NCBI RefSeq assembly: GCF_006345805.1
Contig: NW_021833473.1
Span: 124,001-188,000, forward strand
DNA: 64,000 nucleotides
DNA from: Octopus sinensis
Taxonomy: Eukaryota
Direction of reading: 5' to 3'
Position 1 is the stretch's first letter. Every line of letters begins with the position of its first letter. Positions 25,780-39,920 of the stretch are shown piece by piece. The notes under the pieces were generated by a model. It had not been told where the DNA came from. It ran no database searches and saw nothing but the letters and a program-made list of their open reading frames with translations. Both the position numbers and the translations under genes were made by a program.

Positions 25780-26560
25780 TCAATGTTTGAATGCAATTGT
25801 CACTACTAAGCATTATAACTACCATTATGTAAGATACATTTATGCCGCAAGAGACACTTAGTAATATCAAAGAAAGGACAATTTTGTGTAAAACATTTTC
25901 AGTAATTGAAGGGAAAATTGATGTCATGACAACGATTCGGATAGAGAAAGCTTTAAGACTGATATGGCATGAAATTGTGTACCTTACGAGAAGGACTAAG
26001 TTTGGAGTAGTGGAAGTAAGATTCAAGGACGCGGTAACAATAAAAAAGCACTATTAAAAGTGAGGAAGTAGTACTTCTACCGACTTACCGTGGACAACGA
26101 GCGACCAGGGTTAGGGTAGAAGGAAACCCACCAGAAATAGATGTGTCCTGGATAGCAGCTGCTGTCCTGCTGGGAAATGAGGACAACATAACTTGGGAAG
26201 ATGTTAAATCAGTTGGAACAGCGGAATTCGACAACATTAAGGGATAGCATTGCCGCGTGTTGTGCACGGAAGAACAGAAAGATAAAATAGCGAGATATAA
26301 AATTGGATAAAGGTGTTGGGAACTGAAATTGGATTGGGATGTATTACCATGGTATTTGACATATGAGGAAATTTTGGAAGAATATGGAGTGGATATACGG
26401 GAACGAAGTATAAAAGGTATAAATGAGGCTGCTAGGAGGTGGGGCCGAGCGGATTCATTTCATTTCTTATTTTCGCTTTTCATGTTTTCATATGATGGTT
26501 CTTATTTTTTTCCCTGTTTTATGTCCCCATATGTGTATTGTCCATTCTATGTTCGCCCCT
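25780..26560 (+). mobile_element. Probable decayed L1/Tx1-like LINE fragments
   Basis: Interrupted ORF1-like stretch (KERTILCKTF...KFGVVEVRFKD) and a T-rich 3' tail. Family assignment is tentative. Confidence 0.35.
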
Positions 26561-26877
26561 TGGCGGGTGATAAAAACAATTAGGACGTTGGTGTTGCCTT
26601 GGCGGAGGTTTGTGCTCTCTGAGTGCACTGGTTATGAATGTATTTGTGTGACTGGTTTTGTATTCGTGAGTGTAATTAATGACCAGGTTATGCTAAGCTG
26701 AGTCAGTTGGATGTTTAACAGTCAAATAAATGATTTAAGACAATGTATTGAGAAACAAAGAAAGAGTTTAAAAATATGTCTTGCTTGACAAGTATGTTTG
26801 AAAATAATTTTAAAATTTAATTGTTCATGAGAATACGATAAAGAATATTCAAGTAAAAAACGTGTAGAACATCACCA

Positions 26878-27295
26878 GGAGTAGCTGTGTGGTAAGTAGC
26901 TTACTAACCAACCACATGGTTCTGGGTTCAGTCCCACTGCGTGGCATCTTGGGCAAGTGTCTTCTGCTATAGCCCCGGGCCGACCAGTGCCTTGTGAGTG
27001 GATTTGGTAGACGGAAACTGAAAGAAGCCTGTCGTATATATGTATATATATATATGTGTGTGTGTGGGTGGGGGGGTTTGTGTGTCTCTGTTTGTCCCCC
27101 TAGCATTGCTTGACAACCGATGCTGGTGTGTTTACGTCCCCGTCACTTGGCGGTTCGGCAAAAGAGACCGATAGAATAAGTACTGGGCTTACAAAGAATA
27201 AGTCCCGGGGTCGAGTTGATCGACTAAAGGCGGTGCTCCAGCATGGCCGCAGTCAAATGACTGAAACAAGTAAAAGAGTAAAGAGTAAAGAGTAA
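26878..27295 (+). mobile_element. Full-length tRNA-derived SINE (same family)
   Basis: Colinear with 19398-19852, with an (aagagta)3 tail. Confidence 0.85.
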
Positions 27296-28113
27296 TGCTT
27301 TAGTGGGTGATTAATTTGGACAGAAGGAATGGCACAAATGGTGCAGGGCAATCTGTAAACACTCATAGCTTTACTCCCTAATTGGTTGTGGTGGAAGCAC
27401 TCCGTCGGTTACGACGACGAGGGTTCCGGTTGATCCGATCAACGGAACAACCAGCTCGTGAAATTAACGTGTAAGTGGCTGAGCACTCCACAGACACGTG
27501 TACCCTTAACGTAGTTCTCGGGGATATTCAGCGTGACACAGAGAGTGAAATACAGGTACAACAGAAACAGGAAGTAAGAGTGAGAGAAAGTTGTGGTGAA
27601 AGAGTACAGCAGGGATCACCACCATCCCTGCCGGAGCCTCGTGGAGCTTTAGGTGTTTTCGCTCAATAAACACTCACAACGCCCGGTCTGGGAATCGAAA
27701 TCGCGATCCTACGACCGCGAGTCCGCTGCCCTAACCACTGGACCATTGCGCCTCCACAATTGGTTGTAGCGATTAAGCTGAGGACGTAGATTTCACTGAT
27801 CAGAATGTATATCATTATTCAATATTTAAAAGCCGGGTTATATTGCTAGTTATTCAATATTTAAAACTATATCATTTATTATGCAATGTAACTAACATAT
27901 GGTGATACAAACTCTCAACATATTTAAATGTTTTCTAGGACTATCTTATAGGATTAGAATTAAACATGAAAAAAAGAAGAAAAAGACAAACAAGAGAAAA
28001 AACAAGAACAATTTACTTATTATAAATCTACTAAAATTTCTTAAGCTTTTTTCTAGCTATCGGCAAAATTATTATATACAATATAAGTAATGTAAATTGA
28101 GTAATGCTTACAA

Positions 28114-28260
28114 TTAAGCATGTATCCTAACTCTTACTAGTACGTATGTAACAATGTATGAAACTATACCAAGAAAAATTGCTATTTTGATGTACACTCT
28201 TGCTTTTGAGTTCGACTTCAGCGCTGCGGCTGTATTTCCACCTGCGGCATATTCATTCGC
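28114..28260 (-). CDS. CD225/dispanin gene B, last coding exon
   Basis: Acceptor ttttatattctag. Translates ANEYAAGGNTAAALKSNSKARVYIKIAIFLGIVSYIVTYVLVRVRIHA*. Confidence 0.88.
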   Translation of the reverse strand, partial: ANEYAAGGNTAAALKSNSKARVYIKIAIFLGIVSYIVTYVLVRVRIHA

Positions 28261-29957
28261 CTAGAATATAAAATGAAATTTTATATGTAAAGCATGCAAA
28301 TAAAACTCAACAACACCGAACACATTGCTTTCAAATTTTGACACAAAGATAGCAATTTCAGAGGAGCGGTTAACTCGATTATATCGACCCAAGTACTCAA
28401 CTGATATTTATTTGATCGATCTCGAAAAGGATGTTAGGTAAAGTCGATATGGGCAGATTTGAACTTCGAACAAAATGCCAAAATGCCACTAAACATTTTG
28501 CTCGGCTAACGGTTCCGCCAGTTCGCCGCCTTAACAACAGCAAATGTATTGTCACGTATTTACAACTCATATAAGTTTATTGGTGTAAAGAGATTTGTCA
28601 AGATGATTCTTTGGAAATGACCTGCCAGTGTCCATGTCAAACTGAGATCAAGAACGCAATTTTACCTTACTCTAAATCTCATTACAATACAAATCAACCA
28701 CCGTGCTCTAATCCAGTGTTACATGTAAGTAGGTTGTAAAGATTGAGAAAGAAGCTAACAAATTATCATATTTAATAAAAAGATGGTTTAAAAAATCTTT
28801 AAGAAGGTCGAAACATCATTGTGAAGAAAGAATTATATGGATGAAAAAATTATCAACAAAGAAACAGACGGTGGTGATGTGACAACAAACTTCAGTAATA
28901 GCTTTGAAAGTCGCGAGTGGCAGTGAACTGGTATTATTTGTCAGGGTTACGACCATTAGTGTTATAAAAGTAGATAGTTAATCCAGACTGCGAGGTGTCA
29001 TGCTTTTTCTTAGCCAATTGCTACTTAGGATTAGTAGCAACCTTATTTATATACACATTGTAAGTTAGAAGATATATAAAAGAAGTATGGAACAAGATTG
29101 TTGTGGTTGATATACTTGGAGTAGTTATTGATAGAGATTTTGGAATAAGGAAGTATTACACGTGAGTCTTTATATAAAAACCCTTCTCATTTGATCTTGT
29201 TTAAGGTGATTTGCTTTCTTTATCCCCCATAATCTTTATAAATAAATGCTTCACGTATCTAAGATGGCGTCTCATTAAGTCGACGATACGGCTAACGTCA
29301 CAACTTAATCTGTTATAAGTTTCGCGTGTTGAATATATTTTTTATTTGTCTATTACATATTCTTACACGTATTTCAACGTTGAATTTGTACGGTTTTGGT
29401 GTATCTTTGTTTCTAACATGTAATGTCATGGATGAGCAGTGTTCGTATATCTTTGCATGGAGCGAACTGAACATGATTCCATGTGTCTTCTATGCATAAA
29501 GTTTATATGCATATATTTATTATTCATGAATCAATATGTATGGTTTTTCAATATAATATTGAACATAGTATGGAAAATAAGAAATACAAAAACTGAACAA
29601 GTTTTCTAGTAACATCAATATATAAATATAAGTATTTCCCAACATATGAACATATTAGTAGGTTTAAATACATGTATTGTGCCCTTTCAATAATTAATAT
29701 TTATCTTTCACCAGGTGGAGTACTTTTTTTGTTGAATTTTAGTACATTATACACATATATGTGTATGTGCGTGTGTATGTGTGTGTGTGTACGTGTTATA
29801 TATATACATATACATTATAATACGGAAACAAGGAAAATGCCACATGTATTTGATTGGTTTCCATACTTACAGTTGAAAATGTCTCAATGACTGAAACTGG
29901 TACTAAAATCTTTTTTATAAAATCAATTTAGCATTTTCTATCTTAGCCTTTTTCCCC

Positions 29958-30012
<55 letters not shown>

Positions 30013-30067
30013 TATATATATATATATATTATATATATATATATATATAATATATATATATACATAC

Positions 30068-30100
<33 letters not shown>

Positions 30101-30117
30101 ATTATATATATATATTA

Positions 30118-30176
<59 letters not shown>

Positions 30177-30177
<1 letters not shown>

Positions 30178-31508
30178 CCAGCGAGGCATTTACAATAAAA
30201 TAAACTGACATTAGCGAAGAAGATGTTCTACTAGCCATAGATGAAGTGGACACAAACTCAGCTGCTGGTCCTGATGGTTTCCCAGCCATCCTCCTCAAAT
30301 CGTGCAAACATTCCCTGGCAAAACCCCTCAAGATTCTCTGCCAGAGCTCTCTTACAAATGGCAAACTGCCAAGCAAGCTGAAGGAGGGAATAATATACCC
30401 AATACATAAAGGGGGAAGTAGAGCAGATGCCAAAAACTATCGGCCTATCTCTCTGACTTCACACATCAGCAAATTCATGGAACGTATAGTCAGAGGGAAA
30501 CTAATCGCATTCCTTGAAAAAAATAACTTGCTAAGTGATACCCAACATGGTTTTCGACCAGGTAGGAGCTGCCTGACCCAGCTCTTACAACATTATGACC
30601 GGGTGTTGAGGCAGTTACTCAACAAATCAAATGTAGATGTAATATACCTTGATTTTGCAAAAGCTTTTGACAAGGTGGATCATGGTATGATATGGCACAA
30701 ACTGCGTGACCTCGGCATAGCAGGAAAACTTGGAGTGTGGTTGCATGACTTCCTGAAAGATAGGAGTCAGGCAGTAGTGGTTAATGGAGCCACCTCTATG
30801 AACACACAAATAGTGAGCGGTGTTCCACAGGGCACTGTCTTGGGACCACTGCTTTTTATAGTGGCCCCCTCAGATATGCCCTCAAATGCCCGGATAGCCA
30901 CACTGGCAAGCTATGCAGATGATACGAAAGTCTCACAGAAAATACAGAACCCCAGCGATGTTGCTTCACCTGCAGCAGGTGTTGGACTCAATTTACAGAC
31001 GGGCTGAAGATAATAATATGCAGTTTAATGCTTAAAAATTCCAGGCTCTGCACTACCAGCATCCACAACTGAATATTAAACCTATAGGGTACACCGGTCC
31101 ACAGGGAATTTCAATCCCAGAGCCTAAGTCAGGGAGGGACCTGGGTATCGACATGAGTGATGATACATCTATCCAAGTGCACATTACCAGGATGGCGACA
31201 AAGTGCAGACGACTGGCTGGATGGATCCTAAGAACATTCAGAACCAGAGATAAGGAAACCATTATGGTCCTCTGGCGGACATTCGTCCTCAGCCGCCTAG
31301 ATTACTGCTCACAGCTATGGTCACCACCAGTGTGAGATTAACAGCGGACCTTGAAGCAATCCAGAGAAGATTCACAAAGAAGATCGTCTCTTTGCAACAG
31401 CTCAGCTACTGGGAAAGGTTGAAACGGCTAAGACTCTACTCCCTTGAGAGAAGACGGGAGAGGTATGCAGTAATATATATCTGGAAGATCCTAGAAGAAA
31501 TTGTGTAA
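30177..31508 (+). mobile_element. CR1/L2-group LINE RT fragment
   Basis: SAAGPDGFP, NYRPISLTSHISKFMERIV, QHGFRPGRSCLTQLL, YLDFAKAFDKVDH, SGVPQGTVLGPLLF and YADDTK, with a frameshift near 30960. Confidence 0.92.
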
Positions 31509-31589
31509 GTGTAGGTCGTATACGAGTGGGTATATTTTTATAAAAAAAGAAGTTTGAAAACGCCACTATATGAGATAAATTTTTAATTT

Positions 31590-33170
31590 TCTTAGAAATT
31601 TTACCGTTTCGGTTCTTCTCGAAAAAACGAACCTTATCAAAAATATTTTAAAAAGTTAAGTGTAATAAAAAAGTTGATAATTGTTTATTACTGATCTCAA
31701 CAGAATCCACGTTGTGGTTTTTTGGAGGGGAGGAAGCATAATAGCTGTCTTATGTGTTCGAATAAAATAAGGAAATGACCAGTGGCCGAAATGGCAGTAG
31801 CAGCAATGACTGTTGGTCGTAGTAGTAGTAACTGTGGTGGTGGTGGTTGGGGTTACAGCAGCTCATTGGCTGTAGTAGTAGCAGCAGCAGCTATGGATGG
31901 AGTTGTGATGGCAGTTAATTGGCTGTAGTAGTAGCAGCAGTGGAAGACTGTTGTCACTGAATTTGTAAAGTGGGAAAGTTGTGAATTTGGGATTTTTTAT
32001 TTGAAGCACATCTATCTATGTGTCCGCTGACAGGTATTTTCCTGTATTCAGGATTCCTAATTTGGGATTTATGAACTGCCATCCTTTTTCGTAGGCTGTT
32101 TTTTGTATGGCCTATAAACTGCCTATTGCACCCTGCACATGTTAACACGTTTATTAAGTTTTCTGATGCACAGGTGCAGTTTGTTCTGATGGTAAACTGA
32201 TAGCCTTGTTCTAATGTGAATTCTGAACCTTCTACTAAGATTCCACAGATTCCGCAGTTGGGCTTTCCCCATTTTCTAACTGCTGATTTTGTGGTTGTTG
32301 TTGAGTGCAGTTTAGCTTGGGTTAAAATCTTTTTTAAAGATTATGGTTGCCGTTTACTTTTAATGATGGTGTGTGTTTGGAGGATTCGGTTCATCTTTGG
32401 GTCTCCCTTGAGTAGGGCTGTGCTTTGGAGTATGGTGTCGAAGGCCTCATTGTTAAGTGTGTTGTGTGTAGAGATATAGGGTAGGGTTTTTAATTTTTAT
32501 TTCTTTTTTGGTTTTGTTTGTCTCAGGTCTTCTATACTTAATTTAAGTGCTCGTTGGATTGCACTGTCTATTAGGGGCTGTGGATAATTCCTATTTATGA
32601 GTGTAGTTCTGAGTTCCCGGAGACGTGTGTGTCGGGTGATTGTGTCTGAAATTATGGTGCAAATCCTTCTGGCTAAACAGAAAGGGACATTTATTCTAGC
32701 GTGTCTTGGGTGGCATGAATCAAAGGGTAGGCACTGCTTTGAGTCTGTCGGTTTATAATAGATATCTGTCTCTATTTTGTTGCCGACTTTCTTAATGAGG
32801 ATGTCTAGAAATGGCATTTTTTCTTTGTCATGCTCTATCGTGAACTGAATATTTTCATTAAGTCCATTTAATAGTATTTTAAATTCCTCAAGTTTTTCTA
32901 TACTTTCATCCCAGAGGATGAAGCAGTCGTCGAGTTATCTTTTCCAGTTGTTTTGGATATAGGTGGAGAAAGTGTTTCCATATTTCTCGAGTGCTTTCTG
33001 GTAGAGTATTATTTGGAGGTATACCGTCACTAGGTTGGCAAAAGAAGACGCAGTTGGCGTAACCATCGCTGTTCCCGATATTTGTCTGTAGCAATTATTA
33101 TTAAAAATAAAGTAATTGTTTTCTAAAATAAATCTAAGTCCTTCTATTATGAGTTCATTATTTATAATTC
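31590..33170 (-). mobile_element. Penelope-like element (RT thumb + GIY-YIG) with terminal hammerhead-like motif
   Basis: MPFLDILIKKVGNKIETDIYYKPTDSKQ and LTCAGCNRQFIGHTKNSLRKRMAVH. At 31597-31646 (-) it reads attt-TTGATAA-ggttc...gaacc-GAAA-cgg-TA-aaat. Confidence 0.88.
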
Positions 33171-34124
33171 GTCGGATTACTACGTGTAAGGTAGGGTTGA
33201 GAAAGGCATCTATCGCTCTGCCTCCAACACCAAGGCCGAGCTGGTGGCCAAATTGATGGCAGAGTTCTAAAACCCTTAGTCACAATGAGGAGAACGTGCA
33301 TCAGGTCCTGGAGGCGTGTTCAGACGGTGATGGAAGTTGACGGTGGCTACATTGAGTAAACTGTTATACTCCAAACATACTCAAGTTGATATTTTTTGAA
33401 ATATATTCGAAATGCTTTAACTGAGGAACGTTTACGTATTGGATGCATTTCTTATGAAATATTACGGAAGAGTGAAACGTACATGCTAAATATCACTTTT
33501 TGGTGTCACTTCATTATTACAAGTAATACATCTCGATGCCAAGTGCAAACTAAAAGGATACACTAACAAAAATTTGGAGTAGCTTGTCATATTTGACTAG
33601 AATTGTAAATTTCTGTACCATGCAGCGCTTCTTACGGTAACGCGGAATTTATGTGTGTGTATATATATACATATATGTATGTATGTGTATGTAGTACATA
33701 TTTGTCTATGTATGTGTACAGACATACATATACACATACATAGACATATAGACATACACACACACACTTATATATATTAGAAGAAATGAGGTACTGTGAA
33801 ACCTGGATGGTTTTATATTTACAGATATTTATTTTTATAAATCATATATCATATATTAGAGCTTTCGTCCACTCTAGTGGAGTTGTCAAATTGAACTTTT
33901 GCAGGAATTCTGTCTCTTTTTATAGTATTATTGATTGTGTAGAGGTGGGGAGAGATATAAGATAGTACAAGAGGGTGAGCAATGGGGAGAAAGAAGAATT
34001 GTAAAAGTCTGTAAAACTTTCCAGAACATTATCATTTAAATATATATGAACTTGTCTAGATATCTAACTATATGTATGACAATACCTGCATAAGACAAAA
34101 CATAAAAATCTGCACATACACATA

Positions 34125-34164
34125 CGAACATACATGCATACATACATACATACATACATACATA

Positions 34165-34195
<31 letters not shown>

Positions 34196-34532
34196 CATAC
34201 ATACATACATACATACATACATACATACATGCATGCATGCATACATAGACACATACATACATACATACTTACATACATAAATACATACATACATACATAC
34301 ATGCATGCATACATACATACATACATACATACATACATGCATGCATGCATGCATACATACATACATGCATGCATGCATGCATACATACATATATACATAC
34401 ATACATAGATGCATGCATACATACATACATACATACATGCATACATACATACATACATACATACATGCATGCATACATACATACATACATACATGCATAC
34501 ATACATACATACATACATACATACATACATAC
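34125..34532. repeat. (CATA)n/(CATG)n tetranucleotide microsatellite
   Basis: Direct reading. The paralogous tract at ~61150-61200 is much shorter. Confidence 0.95.
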
Positions 34533-35092
34533 AAGCAAAAATACCTTGTTGTTAATGTTGAAATTCCAAGGAAGGAGTCTTAAATCTAGGTTAGAAACCG
34601 GCTTTTTCTCTATTGACAATAAATCTTGAAATAAAACTGAACAATGACATACACACATACATACACACGAAATATACGATGAGAAAGAAAGAGAAACAAC
34701 AGAAAAAACCTCGTGTTTCCCATAACCCATCGATCCATCGATCCATCGATCCATCGATCCATCGATCCATCGATCCATCGATCCATCCATCCATCCATTC
34801 ATCCCAAACTCACGAAAGACGTCTCCTTCGGGATAATTTATTACAGTCAGTGTGTGACCACAAAATACCTACAGAACGCCTGAATTTTCAAATCTTGGCC
34901 TGGTGCCTTAATACTAAATATACCCAATCGTTTGTCTTATACAATATAATATTAATAAATTAGAAAATTTATGAAATACACGACTTTTACTAGTCATATG
35001 CATTATCTTTTGAACGAAAATTTGAATATTTATGGGTAAAATATACGGATATGAATAGAATTTCTTGCAAGGAATGTTCATATTTTACTTAC

Positions 35093-35203
35093 TTGGCTGC
35101 TATACATAATAGCAATGATGCCAAATGGTAAATTGCAGCAAACGGTGACAATAATTGATGCCCACATTAAATTAGGAACGGGATCTGGTTCCTCTCGTTC
35201 TAC
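35093..35203 (-). CDS. CD225/dispanin gene B, CC-motif exon
   Basis: Acceptor cttcttttcag, donor gtaagt, 111 nt, phase 0/0. Translates VEREEPDPVPNLMWASIIVTVCCNLPFGIIAIMYSSQ. Confidence 0.9.
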
Positions 35204-35368
35204 CTGAAAAGAAGATAAGCAAAAGAAATAACATTATCATCAAAAATTGGTGACGATGATGACAATGGTGATAAGGTAACGACAATGAATAGTAGTAGTA
35301 GTAGTAGTAGTAGTAATAATAATAATAAATGATAATAAATAATAATGATAATAATAATAATAATAATA

Positions 35369-35405
<37 letters not shown>

Positions 35406-35448
35406 TAATAACAATAATAATAATAATATTTATAATAATAATAATATC

Positions 35449-35482
<34 letters not shown>

Positions 35483-35519
35483 TTAATAATAATAATAAAA
35501 AAATAATAATACTTTCTTT

Positions 35520-37125
35520 ATTAGCCACAAGGGCCAATAAAAATAGGATTGGACATTGCAAAGCATGAAGGACAAAGTGGGGTTATATAAAGTGTCGTGT
35601 ATAAAGAGTCTCCCCAAGAACGTCGTCGTATCCTTTCACTGCTAACCCTCTATACAACGCCATAGTAGAACTTCCACTAACCGCATTATCCGACTGGCTG
35701 AGGAGGGTGAGCACCTGGCGAAAGTTAAGATACCCAACGCCCTGTCTCGATCAACGCTTGATCCAAGATTGCAGCTTACTCAAAGAGACGAGCTGTGGGA
35801 AAGTGAGTCTGACAATCGGTGACCACACCTGCTCACCGCCGTCGAGGAAACGCTGGATGTGTATCAATAGCCACGGCATACCTAGCTCACCGTTCATAGG
35901 GTGTTGACAGCAAATGGAATGCCTTAACAGCAGAGACCATCCCTTCCGTGAGACGCAGAAAAGCAAACGCTCCAGCTTGACCAGGTACGAACTGGGGCAA
36001 GACACGATAGTGAGGCCGTAGTAAATGCTTGAAGCGACGTATGTGTTCGTCACCTTTGCCAGACTTTTCAAGGATAGCTTCTTCACGGTACAATGGGTGA
36101 GAATGGCTACCATGCTATTTACCTCATTCCAGTTCTTCTCTAGCTGGAGGTCCGGTCCAAACCAAATCCCTGCAATTTTACGGGCCCTACCGGCCAATGT
36201 CATACGACGTTGTCGGTCGGCATGGATCTGCTTCTCCAGGTGCCGAGCTGCAGATCCACCGACATTTCCGGGTTAATCTTTGCTTCCGTTACTTCCTCGT
36301 ATTTTTCACAGTAGTGCTGACCAGGTCTATGTGCTTGTTATTCGACGCTTTGACGATGGCGTCGCGTGAATATGCCGGCACAACTCTCCAGCTTCCTAGG
36401 GCACGCGACATGCCTCTCAACGTCTCCAGTTTCCGGAGTAATGGCTCGAGGATCAGTACATACAGAATGGACGAGAGGGGGCACGATGCTGAATGGTTCC
36501 GACTGAATGCACGATGCTGAATGGTTCCGATAGCTAACCATTTATCCGGACTACCGAAAAGATGTCGCTGTACATGGTAGTGATTCAACCGCGGAAAACC
36601 GGACCGAAACCGGCTGCTAGATATTGATGGTCAACCCTATCTAGAGCTTTTGACTGATCTAAATTGATCACAGCCTCACCCATGCAAGGTTTCTTAATTA
36701 CCCTATCCACGGTGTAGCGCATTAGGTAGAGGTTGTCGCGAATGGACTTGTATGGGGCGGTGCATGTTGCTGCGTCTCCAACCTGTTTCTCGACGACTTG
36801 CGCCATCCTCTTCACTAACACTTTGGCCAAAATTTTCATGTCCGCTTTAAGCAAGGTGATGGGACTAAACTTATCTAATACAGCCCTCTTGTTTCGATCC
36901 TTTCTCAACAGTAGCACTGCTCCTTGGCTCCCAGGTTTCGGAATTCTCTCATTCTGTTGCTAGATGCAGTAGATATCTGTCAAGAAGCCTGCAAACAAGT
37001 CTGACATGCTAGAATAAAGTTCGTAGGGCTGACCATCTAATCCCGGCGATTTGTTCCCATTGCAGCCCATTATCTCGTCCCGTATTTCCCCAATTGTTAT
37101 CATCCTTTCGCAACATTTCGGCGCA
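35520..37125 (-). mobile_element. L1/Tx1-like LINE RT fragment in a gene B intron
   Basis: FSPITLLKADMKILAKVLVKR, INLDQSKALDRVDH and CPLSSILYVLILEPLLR. A duplicated, deleted and rearranged copy lies at ~62385-63470. Confidence 0.85.
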
Positions 37126-37149
37126 TTTTTGGGTGAGACTGGCTAACCT

Positions 37150-38040
37150 GCTCGTCACCTCACTCCAGCTGCTAAAATGTTTTTTGTCATGTTAGATGCA
37201 CAACAACAGGAGACTTCTAGGTTGTGCACCTAACATAGAAAAAGCATTTATCAAGTACCCACAATACAAGTTAGGAGGGAGGTTGCACTTCCAGGGTATA
37301 CAACTGTCCAGTAGGAGGCCGATGCGAGGCTGAAGGGGTCATTAATGAGGCTATGGTGATACCTAGACCTGATATCCGCAAAAACAGTAATGTACAATCA
37401 AACAACAATATTATTAGCAGATTAACCAGTTCTCATGCCAATACTGTTGCCACGCGCAGAGATAACAACCAGTCCAGGACTAGTATCACAGAGAGCATCA
37501 CTGAGGACTCCGGTACCACTGCCACAAACAATGAACAAACCATAGATACAGATAGAGTGACCAGGCCCTCAATGTATACTACCACCAGTACAAACAACGC
37601 ACCTAGAAATAATAACCTATCCAGCACCAGTGACTTGGAGGAGGTATCTACCGTTCCCAGTTTCGCTACCTCAGGAGATGACCAAGTATTTATCTTCAAC
37701 ACCGATAGGATGACCAGCCCCGCACCGTATGTTACCAAAGGTACGAATAGGGCCACATATTATGTGTGGAAATATATTGGCTCTGCGAGTACTTCATTCA
37801 AGCGGCGTTTTCTTAACCACCAGCTACCGTTGTGAGTCCCAGAGAGATGCTTTGTCACGTCCCTGACCCGCCATGTATGACATCCCTTAGATTAAGAGAC
37901 CCCGTGTAATATCAGGTGGAAACTAATTGATCATCTGGGTCTTTATAATGATGGAAGTGGACGTTGCAAGATCTGCATCGCGGAGAGAGCCAAAATTTTT
38001 AAGGACTATAAGAAACCTGGAACATTAAACAGCCTCACTA
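37150..38040 (+). mobile_element. Penelope-like GIY-YIG 3' fragment preceded by low-complexity T/N/S-rich coding region
   Basis: YIGSASTSFKRRFLNH followed by a C-x-x-C motif region. Duplicate at 63480-64000. Confidence 0.6.
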
Positions 38041-38565
38041 GATCGGGCACGGTAGCGCGGCGGAGCTGCGGGCGAAGGCGGGCTTCAAAAGGCGGACGTC
38101 CAGTAGCGGGCGTGACGAGGCTGACGTCCAGATGCGGGCGAAGGCGAGCTTCAAAAGGCGGGCATCTGCTCTGCTCTGCTCTACCCTGCTCTGCCCTGGA
38201 TACATTTAGAAGTGTTTTCTAAATGTATCCACTTCAAGCGATACTAACTAGAAAAATGGATCTCCCCGTTTGATTGTTCGGCCTCTTAGGGTCTATAAGG
38301 GATTTTTAAAACCTCTAATTCAGGAGTAGTAACCCATCCACATTAATGTTTTCTTTTCTTTTTGCTAAGAGGTATCCTTCGATTTCTGAGCGCTTCCTCA
38401 CGTCTGCAACGGAGATATTTTGTATTTTGTATTTATATAGAGTCTGACGAGCTGTCCACAAGGCTTTTGCTCTGTGGATGCGAAACCTTGGGTAACTCTA
38501 TGTCTAAGATATAAAAGTTTTAATATATATATATGTATGTATATATATAATATATATATATATAT

Positions 38566-38638
<73 letters not shown>

Positions 38639-38923
38639 TAAGGATATATTCGTGTGCATATAGCCTTTATGTTAGATGCGTTGAATGCTCCAGTTATTAT
38701 TGTGGAATTGAGAAATCTCTCAGCCATTCAATAAATACAAGTTTATGAAATAAATCCCAGACTAAATCATATATTTAACTCCAAAAACTGATATGTTTGA
38801 CCAAAGTCTCTCAATGGTGGTTTCCTAGCATAGTCACACTTCAATGATTGAAACCAGCAAAACATCAGGATATTTGGGTGTAGATCAGTAAAAATTAAAG
38901 TGAAAAGGACAAAATATACTTAC

Positions 38924-39096
38924 AACAATAATTTCACGCGTTGGCTGCTGTTCCACTGGAGGCCGTGGTGGTTGCATTTTAGATTTACTTGCAGCAACAT
39001 TTTCATATGTTGGCTCCTGTTGCTCACGAGGCGGAGGTGGAGGCGGAGGGTATTTAGATCCCACATAAAATACACCTACATTTCCCTGGCAGTTAC
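38924..39096 (-). CDS. Dispanin gene B, proline-rich N-terminal exon
   Basis: Acceptor tttttttacag (phase 1), donor gtaagt (phase 0, compatible with the next exon). Translates (G)NCQGNVGVFYVGSKYPPPPPPPREQQEPTYENVAASKSKMQPPRPPVEQQPTREIIV. Pro-rich N-termini are typical of PRRT/dispanin proteins. Confidence 0.75.
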
Positions 39097-39807
39097 CTGT
39101 AAAAAAATTAGACTCCATAAAGAATATTTCAAAATGTACGTTCCTTATATCTATAAGGAGTGCACAATTCTGAAATATTCAAATTCAATCATTCATCAAC
39201 TGTTATATAATATACTAGTTTGTAACTCTATTTTTACGGGTGAAAATTTGATTCTTCTGCAAAAAAATATCACCACTAGTTAAAATTAATAAATAAAATA
39301 AATAAAATAAAAGACCTAATGTGGATTAACCATGTGTATACGTGTGTGTGTATACGTGTGCGTGTGTGTGTGTGTGGGTGTGTGTGCGTGCATGCGTGCT
39401 CGCATGGAATTTATATATATTAAACGCATAATTATTAGTTTGAGTCAAGAGTTTTTGTTTTCAAACTCTTATTATTAGCAATGTAGGTGCATCGGCACAA
39501 TTAGTCACATTTAATGACGAATAAATATTCCCTTTATGGCATTATTTTGTGCCTAGCTGTTTATATTAACTTTTATTACATGCCTTAGCATTTCACTAAA
39601 TCATCCCTAAATTTCTATAGTAAATATATACATATGCTGACAGACGGATTTAGACGACCATCGGCTGTCTGAGCAGTCACTACAGATGATGCCTACAAAA
39701 TAAGCGAAACTAGATTCTAGTCAGGTGATTTTAGAAACGGTCATGGGACGGTTAACTCCCCTGTTAGTATATGTATATTTTGCGCTCTTCTTACAGCACT
39801 ATGATAT

Positions 39808-39920
<113 letters not shown>

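Noticed and set aside
37353-37835. 160-aa S/T/N-rich ORF as a mucin-like host gene
   Set aside because: It runs into a GIY-YIG motif, the duplicate at ~63679-64000 has an in-frame stop, and no splice signals link it to host exons.
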